NCBI GenBank assembly: GCA_052055015.1
Contig: JBQJIT010000064.1
Origin: Malassezia furfur
Taxonomy: Eukaryota
Length of the DNA: 37,582 nucleotides
Reading direction: 5' to 3' (one strand)
Positions 29,875 through 37,582 of the stretch are shown in pieces (position 1 is the first letter of the stretch; every line of letters begins with the position of its first letter). The notes beneath the pieces were generated by a model, which saw only the letters and a list, made by a program, of their open reading frames with translations, searched no databases and was not told the DNA's origin. Both the position numbers and the translations under genes were made by a program.

Positions 29875-32443
29875 ATGCTTCGGTGTTGGCTCGCGCTCGC
29901 CGTGGGAGCGCTGGGCGTGGTAGGGGGTGCGCATCCACAGAAGCGCACCTACGACACGCACCACTACTATGCGGCAGAAATTGTGCCGCGCGGCGCGTGT
30001 GCGGGCGTGACACCCGAGCACGTCGCCGCGGCGCTCGACGCCGAGTTCGTCGAGCAAGTGGGGGCGCTGCCGCACCACTGGCTGCTCAAGCACGAGAAGG
30101 GCGATGCACTCGCGCGGAGGTCTGTGTATGCAGAGGTTCCCGAGGCACAGGACCCTGTGCTCACGCGGTATGCGGCACTGCGGCGCCGCGCGGCGCCGCA
30201 CACGAAACGGTGTTCCGGTGCGTCATGCGTGTCGGAGGCATGCATCGCCGACGCCTTGCGCGACGTCGAGCGCCAGGTACCCCGCCAGCGGCACAAACGC
30301 GACGTTATTTATGATCCGGCGGCAATGCGCGACGAGTACCCCGAGCTGCGCAAGCCCGTGCCGGTGACCGAAGCATGGATGCGCCCGGCCAGCGGCGCCC
30401 ATGCGGCGCGTGCGCCCGTGCCGCTCAACGTCAGCGCCAAACTGCGCGACGCATTCTCGATCGAGGATCCGCTATTTTTCCAGCAGTGGCACCTCGCAAA
30501 TGTCAAGGACCCCGGGCACGACATCGGGCTTGGCCAGATCTGGTACAATGCGACGGGGCGGGGCGTGACAGTGTCGCTGCTCGACGACGGGCTCGACTTT
30601 AACCATCCCGACATCAAGGCCAACTTTGTACGTGTGCCGCTGACCCCAGGACGAAAAGGGCTCGTACGACTTTAACGACCATACGCCGCTGCCCGAGCCG
30701 CGCCTGTCCGACGACCAGCATGGCACGCGATGTGCGGGCGAAATTGCGGCGGTGCGCAACGACATGTGCGGCGTCGGCGTCGCGCCCGACGCGCACGTCT
30801 CGGCGGTGCGCATCCTGAGCGGTGCCATCACCGATGCAGACGAAGCCGCGGCGCTCAACTTTGCGTACGACACCAACTCGATCTACAGCTGCAGTTGGGG
30901 TCCGCCGGACAACGGTAAGAGCATGGATGCGCCCAAGGGGCTGGTGGCCAAGGCGCTGCTCAATGGCATTTACAATGGGCGCAACGGCAACGGGAGCATC
31001 TACGTGTTCGCTGGCGGCAACGGCGGTGCGAGCGACGACCAGTGCAACTTTGACGGCTACACCAACTCGATCTATACGGTGACCATCGCTGCAGTCGACC
31101 ACCTCGGTCACCACCCATACTACTCGGAGATGTGCAGCGCAATCATTGCGTCGAGCTACAGCTCGGGCGGCGGCCAGGCGATCACCACAACCGACATTTC
31201 GCGCGATGGTGCGCCGCAGTGCACGTCGCTGCACGGTGGTACAAGTGCTGCGGCGCCGCTGGTCGCGGGGATGCTTGCGCTCGTGCTGGAGCTGCGTCCC
31301 GAGCTGACGTGGCGCGACGTGCAGCATGTCCTGATCGCCGCCGCGGAGCCCATCAACGCCGAGGACCCCGACTGGGAGACGAACGGTGTGGGGCGCAAAT
31401 TCTCTCACAAGTACGGCTACGGCGTGGTGCATGCGACGCGCCTGCTCGCCGTCTCGCTCGCACACAAACTAGTCCCACCGCAGGCATGGCTCGAGACGCC
31501 GCAGCACAACACGAGCACGCCGCGCCTCGAGTTGAACCAGACGAGCTCGGTGCCGATCGAGGTGACGTCCGCGATGCTGGAGCAGGCGAACCTCTTGTCG
31601 CTCGAACACGTTACGGCCACCGTCTGGATCGAGCATGACCGCCGCGGCGACGTGCAGGTTGAGCTCTTCTCGCCGCACGGGACACGCAGCGTGCTGGCGA
31701 GCCCGCGGCGCTACGACTCGGACGGCAACGGGTTCCCCGGGTGGACGTTTATGTCGCTCAAGCACTGGGGTGAGGACATGCTCGGCACCTGGCGCCTCCA
31801 AGTGTCGGACCATGCTGATGCACAGCGCGAGGACCGGCTGCCGGCCAACTTTACGGGGTGGTCGCTCACACTGTGGGGTGCCGCGCGCGACGCAAGCAAG
31901 GCCAAGCCGTGGGACTTCCCCGAGGGCTCCGAGGAGCATAGCCTGACGCTCTCGGGCGCGCCGAGCAGCACCGTGCTGCACCACCCCGCGGTGACGCCGA
32001 CCAACACGCTCACGCTCAACAAGCCCACCCACGCGCTCCCCGACGACCACCATACGCGCCCGGGCGAGACACACCAGTCGTTCGGGAGCCAGGTGCAGAC
32101 GCCCGAGGCGGACACGGGCTACCTCGCGGGCCTGACGCGGCACTCGACATGGCTGGCGGTGGCTGCCGGTGTTGCGTTGGTAGTGGGCGTGGGCCTGCTA
32201 CTCTACTTCTACCGGCGGCTTCGCACGATGCGGCGCTACCAATACCTCCCGAGCGACGAGAACGAAATCCGGCTGGGCACGCTGCCCACCGACGTCCAGG
32301 CGCGTGACCTGTACAACGCCTTTGCGCTGGACGACGATGAGCTCGACGGCGATGATGAGCTCGACGGCGACGATGCGGATGCGAAAGATGAACAGGCGCT
32401 CGCCCCCCCTTCGTACATATCTACATCACAAGAGCATACGTAG
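29875..32443 (+). CDS. KEX2: Kexin, subtilisin-like proprotein convertase. Exons 29875-30627, 30650-32443
   Basis: Signal peptide, prodomain ending RHKR, catalytic DDGLD / HGTRCAGE / GGTSAAAP, P-domain, TM helix and acidic tail. The 22-nt intron 30628-30649 joins ANF|DEKGSYDFND. Confidence 0.96.
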
Positions 32444-33655
32444 CATCCCCAGCACGGCATTGATCGCCAGACCGACCATCACCGCGAAATGGGTATGGGC
32501 CGAGAACACCACCAGCTCGTCGCGCCGCGCGAGACGCCGCGCGTGCGCGTCGGGCACCTCTTCGTCGTTCTCCTCCTCCTCCTCGTCGGGCAGCGGTTGC
32601 GCCTGCCGTGCCGTCAGCAGCGCCGTCAGCAGGTTTGCTGTTTGTTGCGCCTCTTCGCGCAGCTGCGCGTCGTTTTCGGTCGCGGGGCCCGGCGTCGGCC
32701 GGTTGCGAAAGTCGGACAGGACGCGCGCCACACTCCACAGCTGCTCGGTCTGCTGCTCCTCCTGCGGCGACGGCGCGCGCGGCCAGCGGATCGGCTGGAT
32801 CTCGTACGCGAAAAAGAGCGGCAGGATCGGGTAGAAGAAACCGAGCAGCAGGCCTTGGAGCAGCGAACTCTGTGCCGACGAGTGCCGGCTCTGCATCAGC
32901 GCTTCGGGCGTCTCGTCCATATTGTCGATCCACTGCTCCTCAAGCGTGTACGCCAGCTCGTCCTCCTCCTGGCGCCGGATCAGGTCGCCACTGCGTGCGA
33001 GCGACAGCCCCGAGCGCTGGTGGAAGTGCTCGCGCATCACCTGCACATCGAGCGCCGACATGCCCGCCGTATACTGCAGCCGGTCAAACCCGCGCGGCTC
33101 AGATGTGCGCGTGGGCGCCGCCGTGCGGTCCGCGTCGTCCGCGCCATCGTCGTCGCCGACGGCCCCCACCGAGCACTGCAGGTACACCGTCGAGAGGCGC
33201 AGTACGTCGGTCGCAAATGCATGCTGAAAGAGCAGCGCAGACTCGTCGTGTACGTCTCCCGCACGCTGCTTGCCCCACTGCTTGCTGTTCATAGTCTGCG
33301 CTTGGACGCGCTGCAGGGTATAGTGCGATGCGTCGCGGTCTTCTTTTTGGAGCAGGACGTGCTCCCACGTCGCCTCCTCGTCATCCGCTGCCTTGGTCTG
33401 AGCGAGTGTGTCTAGGTAGGGCGCAAGTACCAGATCGTTTGGCAGGATGCGCCCAAAATGGATCAGGCGGAGCCGCCGGCCCTGGCGCAGTGGATCGTGC
33501 GCACGGAGCGTCGTTTTCAGGTCGCGCACCGTTTCTTGGTACAGCGACTGCCAGTTGTGTCCTTGGCGTTCGTATATGAGGTCTAGATGTGCATCGTCCG
33601 AGTGGGCGTCCGTGAACCGCACCACCAGCGGGCGCAGACACAGCGTGCCCGACAT
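32426..33655 (-). CDS. DSC3: DSC E3 ubiquitin ligase complex subunit 3 (DUF2407)
   Basis: Ubiquitin-like N-terminus (LVVRFTD...LRLIHFGRIL), YLQCSVG, PRGFDRL...LEEQWID, and two C-terminal hydrophobic segments (LLQGLLLGFFYP; FAVMVGLAINAVLG). Confidence 0.85.
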   Translation of the reverse strand: MSGTLCLRPLVVRFTDAHSDDAHLDLIYERQGHNWQSLYQETVRDLKTTLRAHDPLRQGRRLRLIHFGRILPNDLVLAPYLDTLAQTKAADDEEATWEHVLLQKEDRDASHYTLQRVQAQTMNSKQWGKQRAGDVHDESALLFQHAFATDVLRLSTVYLQCSVGAVGDDDGADDADRTAAPTRTSEPRGFDRLQYTAGMSALDVQVMREHFHQRSGLSLARSGDLIRRQEEDELAYTLEEQWIDNMDETPEALMQSRHSSAQSSLLQGLLLGFFYPILPLFFAYEIQPIRWPRAPSPQEEQQTEQLWSVARVLSDFRNRPTPGPATENDAQLREEAQQTANLLTALLTARQAQPLPDEEEEENDEEVPDAHARRLARRDELVVFSAHTHFAVMVGLAINAVLGMLRMLL

Positions 33656-33770
33656 GCTGCAAGGCGCACGACGCGGGGATTGTTGGCGGCAGCGGAGATG
33701 TGCCCTAGGGGGGTCACCTCCACCGGACCGGTTTCGTCTCTCTCCCCCCCCTTGACCCTCTCGGCACTTG

Positions 33771-34278
33771 ATGCCCTACTCGGCGATCCCTACTGTGCTC
33801 GGCGTGGGCACCGCCGGACTGCTGCTGTATGCGGCCAATGCCGCATTTAAGGACCAGACGCAGTTCATGGTGGCCAAGATGGACCGCGACATCGACGCAT
33901 TTGACCGCGTGAGCGAATTCGACAAGGCGACCGGCGCGCGGCGGACGCCGTCGTTCGCCTCGGCATACCAGCCGACGGGCCCGTCGTTCTGGGAAGAGGT
34001 GAAAGGCCGCTGGAATGTAAGTTTTTGTGTACACTGACCGGCAGCACCATCTCGTGAGTGCGATGCACAAGATGTGCGACGCCAACCCGCTGTCGACGAC
34101 CGACAGGACCGACGCGGACTCGTCGTACGTGTCAGACGACACCCGCACGGCGGTGCTCGATGCGCTGCACTCGCTCGCGCCGCACGCGCCCGACGCGCAG
34201 CCCAAAATCGGCATTCTGCACCGCAAGTACGGCGACGAGAACACGCACTACCTCGGGCAGGGCGCGTCGCTGCGGTAA
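33771..34278 (+). CDS. Small membrane protein, MICOS Mic12-like. Exons 33771-34016, 34045-34278
   Basis: N-terminal hydrophobic GxxxG helix and the FWEEVKGRWN motif. The 28-nt intron 34017-34044 (GTAAGT...ACTGAC..GCAG) joins ORFs 33768..34037 and 34027..34278. The family call is tentative. Confidence 0.6.
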
Positions 34279-34461
34279 TTCGGTTCATAGAAGCTAGCGA
34301 GCGCCTCCTCGATGCACCCATGCGTACCCCTGTGCCGCGTGCCGGCGGCGCCGCGTGCCGAACGCCGCGGCGGTGGCCGGGGTAATTTTGCAAATCTTTT
34401 TGAACGCGTCGGGTCCGGCGCGTCGCTTCGCTTCGTGGGTTTGCTCTTGTGCGATTCGGCG

Positions 34462-37400
34462 ATGGACGCGGAGTCAAAGCGGTCGCCCACGCCGCCGAGT
34501 GCGGCATCGATGAGCGAGGATGAGCAAGAGCAGGTGCCTGTGGCCGACACGCGGGCCGAGCGCCGTGCTGCACAGAACGAGGGGCTGGACAACAGCCGTG
34601 CACAGATGAACAAGCAGAAAACGGTCGACAGTCTAAAGCGGTTCAGCTACCTGCTGGGCCAGACCGAGCTGTTCCAGCACTTTATCGATATCAAGAAGGA
34701 CCGTGATCCCGAGTTTGCGCGGCTGGTGGACGAGTCTGCGAAGCGGCGCTCCGGGCGGGGTGGCAACAAGCGCAGCGGTGGCTCGAGCGACGGGCGGCGA
34801 CGCATGACGGAGCGCGAGGAGGACGAGGAGCTGTTGCACAACGAGGAAGAGGACGAGGAGGATGCGTTTGTGTTCAACGAGTCGCCTGCCTACGTCAAGG
34901 GCGGCACGATGAAGGAGTACCAGATCCAGGGCCTCAACTGGCTCATTTCGCTCTACTACAATGGTATCAATGGCATTCTCGCGGACGAGATGGGTCTCGG
35001 CAAGACGTTGCAGACGATCTCGTTCCTGGGCTACCTGAAGTACTACCGGAACACGTCCGGCCCCCACCTGGTCGTGGTGCCCAAGTCAACGCTGGACAAT
35101 TGGGTGCGCGAGTTCCACCACTGGGTGCCTGGCTTCCGGATCATTACGTTGCGTGGCAGCAAGGAGGAGCGGCAAGAGGTGATCCAGGAGCGGCTGTTGC
35201 CGCAGGACTTTGATGTGCTGGTGACGACGTACGAGATGTGCCTGCGGGAAAAGTCGTCGCTGAAGCGCCTGTCGTGGGAGTACATTGTGATTGACGAGGC
35301 GCACCGCATCAAGAATGCCGACTCGATGCTGTCGCAGATCGTGCGTGCGTTCAACTCGCGCAGCCGCCTGTTGATCACCGGCACGCCGCTGCAAAACAAC
35401 CTGATGGAGCTGTGGAGCCTGCTCAACTTCTTGCTGCCTGACGTGTTCTCGAGCGCCGACGACTTCCAGGCGTGGTTCCAGGGCAAGGACGACGGCGGCG
35501 AGGCGCAAGAGAGCGTGGTGCAGCAGCTGCACAAGGTGCTGCGCCCCTTTTTGCTGCGCCGCGTCAAGTCGGACGTGGAGCACAGCCTGCTGCCGAAGAA
35601 GGAGATCAACGTGTTTGTCGGCCTGTCCGACATGCAGCGCAAGTGGTACAAGTCGCTGCTCGAGAAGGACATCGACGCGGTGAACGGTGCGATCTCGAAG
35701 AAGGAGGGCAAGACGCGCCTGCTCAACATTGTGATGCAGCTGCGCAAGTGCTGCAACCACCCGTACCTGTTTGACGGTGCCGAGCCGGGGCCGCCGTTCA
35801 CCACCGACGAGCACTTGGTGGACAATGCGGGCAAGATGGTGATCCTCGACAAGCTGCTGCGCAAGATGAAGGAGCGCGGCTCGCGTGTGCTCATCTTCTC
35901 GCAGATGAGCCGCATGCTGGACATTCTCGAGGACTACTGCCTGTTCCGCGAGTACCCCTACTGCCGCATCGACGGCAGCTCGATGCACGAGGACCGCATT
36001 GCGGCGATCGACGAGTACAACCGCCCGGGCAGCGACAAGTTTGTCTTTTTGCTGACGACGCGCGCCGGTGGGCTGGGCATCAACCTGACGAGTGCCGACG
36101 TGGTGATCCTGTTCGACTCCGACTGGAATCCGCAGGCGGATTTGCAGGCGATGGACCGCGCGCACCGCATCGGGCAAAAGAAGCAGGTGTACGTCTTCCG
36201 CTTCGTCACGGAGAACGCGATCGAGGAGCGGATCCTGGAGCGTGCCGCGCAAAAGCTGCGGCTCGACCAGCTCGTCATCCAGCAGGGCCGCACACAGAGC
36301 CAGGCGAAGGGCGCCGGGCAGATGAAGGACGACCTGGTGGACATGATCCAGCACGGCGCGGAGCGCATCATCAACGCCAAGGAGTCGATGGAGGTGCAGG
36401 ACGACATCGACGAGATCATTGCGCGCGGCGAGGAGCGTACGGCGGAGCTGCAGCGCAAGTACCAGCAGTTCACCAGCCTCGACGAGCTGACCAACTTCAA
36501 GGGCGAGTCGGGCACCGCGTACGAGTTCGAGGGCGAGCAGTTCGGCAACAAGCGCAAGGCGGGCACCGGCATTTGGATCGAGCCGAGCAAGCGCGAGCGC
36601 AAGCAGAACTACTCGATCGACAGCTACTACCGCGACGCGATGCGCACGACCGCCAAGCCGGCCGCGCCCAAGGCGCCGCGCGCGCCCAAGCAGGTCACCA
36701 CCGCCGAGTGGCAGTTCTACCCGCCGCGCCTCGTCGAGCTGCAGGAGCGCGAGACGGCAGCGTACCAGCGGAGCATCGGATACCAGGTGCCGAAGCCCGA
36801 GGCCAAGGACGGCGACGAGGCCGCCGCCGAGGCGCAGCGCGCCGCGGAGCAGAAGCGCATCGACGAGGCCGAGCCGCTCACCGAGGCCGAGCAGGAGGAG
36901 AAGGAGCGCCTCGCCACGCAGGGCTTCAGCGACTGGAACCGGCGCGACTTCCAGCAGTTTGTCAAGGGCGCCGAGAAGCACGGCCGCGACGCGTACGCCG
37001 CAATCGCCGAGGAGATCGGGCTCGGCGAGAAGTCGGAGGAGGACGTGCGCGCATACTCGCAGGTGTTCTGGGCGCATGTCCACGAGCTGCACGACGGCGA
37101 CCGCATTGTGCAGCGCGTCGAGGAGGGCGAGACTAAGCGCCAGAAGCTGCAGCACAATGAGCGGCTGCTCCGCCGCAAGATTCACTCCTACGCCGAGCCG
37201 CTGCACCAGATCAAGCTGACCTACAACCAGGCCAAGGGCAAGGCGTACTCGGAGGACGAGGACCGCTTCCTGCTCGTGCGCCTCGCCGACTACGGCTTGA
37301 GCGGCGACGACGTGTACGAGCGGATCCGGCACGATGTGCTGTACAACCCCGACTTCCGCTTCAACTGGTTCATCAAGTCGCGCACGCCGCAGGAGCTCGC

Positions 37401-37581
37401 GCGCCGGTGCAACACGCTGCTGCTGCTCGTCGTGAAGGAGGAGGAGGAGTTGGACGCGTCGCGCGCCGCGGCCAACGCAACCAAGACGAAGAGCAAGAAG
37501 CGCAGTGCATCCGAGTCGCGCACCGCGTCGCCCCGCACCGCGTCGCCCCGCCCCGCGGGCGCCCGTAGCAAGCGCAGGTAG
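34462..37581 (+). CDS. ISWI-family ATP-dependent chromatin remodeler (Isw1/Isw2-like)
   Basis: DBINO-like RFSYLLGQTELFQHF, GILADEMGLGKT, DEAH, QLRKCCNHPYLF, QAMDRAHRIGQ and HAND-SANT-SLIDE (GFSDWNRRDF; YSEDEDRFLL; FRFNWFIKSRT). ATG at 34462. Confidence 0.96.
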   Translation: MDAESKRSPTPPSAASMSEDEQEQVPVADTRAERRAAQNEGLDNSRAQMNKQKTVDSLKRFSYLLGQTELFQHFIDIKKDRDPEFARLVDESAKRRSGRGGNKRSGGSSDGRRRMTEREEDEELLHNEEEDEEDAFVFNESPAYVKGGTMKEYQIQGLNWLISLYYNGINGILADEMGLGKTLQTISFLGYLKYYRNTSGPHLVVVPKSTLDNWVREFHHWVPGFRIITLRGSKEERQEVIQERLLPQDFDVLVTTYEMCLREKSSLKRLSWEYIVIDEAHRIKNADSMLSQIVRAFNSRSRLLITGTPLQNNLMELWSLLNFLLPDVFSSADDFQAWFQGKDDGGEAQESVVQQLHKVLRPFLLRRVKSDVEHSLLPKKEINVFVGLSDMQRKWYKSLLEKDIDAVNGAISKKEGKTRLLNIVMQLRKCCNHPYLFDGAEPGPPFTTDEHLVDNAGKMVILDKLLRKMKERGSRVLIFSQMSRMLDILEDYCLFREYPYCRIDGSSMHEDRIAAIDEYNRPGSDKFVFLLTTRAGGLGINLTSADVVILFDSDWNPQADLQAMDRAHRIGQKKQVYVFRFVTENAIEERILERAAQKLRLDQLVIQQGRTQSQAKGAGQMKDDLVDMIQHGAERIINAKESMEVQDDIDEIIARGEERTAELQRKYQQFTSLDELTNFKGESGTAYEFEGEQFGNKRKAGTGIWIEPSKRERKQNYSIDSYYRDAMRTTAKPAAPKAPRAPKQVTTAEWQFYPPRLVELQERETAAYQRSIGYQVPKPEAKDGDEAAAEAQRAAEQKRIDEAEPLTEAEQEEKERLATQGFSDWNRRDFQQFVKGAEKHGRDAYAAIAEEIGLGEKSEEDVRAYSQVFWAHVHELHDGDRIVQRVEEGETKRQKLQHNERLLRRKIHSYAEPLHQIKLTYNQAKGKAYSEDEDRFLLVRLADYGLSGDDVYERIRHDVLYNPDFRFNWFIKSRTPQELARRCNTLLLLVVKEEEELDASRAAANATKTKSKKRSASESRTASPRTASPRPAGARSKRR

Positions 37582-37582
37582 T

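Noticed and set aside
35086..37332. Long antisense and alternative-frame ORFs (also 28143-29948, 27410-29275, 19537-21216, 1541-3169, 13834-15690, 180-1550)
   Set aside because: These are shadow ORFs expected from high GC and biased codon usage. Each overlaps a clearly conserved gene and shows no recognisable domain.
14358..37551. Short coding duplications (SHO1 GMAPxAS at 14358-14406, KEX2 DDELDG near 32333-32370, ISWI RTASP at 37519-37551)
   Set aside because: These are ordinary two-copy slippage repeats in disordered regions.

Overview
This is a gene-dense, GC-rich fungal nuclear segment. Gene content, compaction and tiny introns point to a basidiomycete yeast, most like Malassezia (inference). 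It holds 21 protein-coding genes: NPL4 (5'-partial), a PPR-like mitochondrial protein, a repeat-rich golgin-like protein, RAC1, an orphan S/P-rich protein, RPL35, SSS1/SEC61-gamma, IMG2, a cytochrome b561-domain protein, COX4, SHO1, NTR2/GCFC-like, UTP25, LSG1, GH85 ENGase, RCM1/NSUN5, a type I DnaJ, ARG4, calnexin, KEX2, DSC3, a MIC12-like gene and an ISWI remodeler. No tRNA, rRNA, transposon or CRISPR array was recognised. The most striking feature is the splicing architecture. I reconstructed 23 GT-AG introns by hand; 13 are only 22-25 nt, with near-fixed branch-point geometry and no polypyrimidine tract. The two long introns (66 and 204 nt) carry stems that could shorten them, and SSS1 contains a 5-nt microexon. 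Other notable features are overlapping stop codons between convergent genes, 51-70 nt bidirectional promoters, and a CACGTG motif concentrated in promoters. All splice models come from sequence and reading-frame logic, not transcript data.
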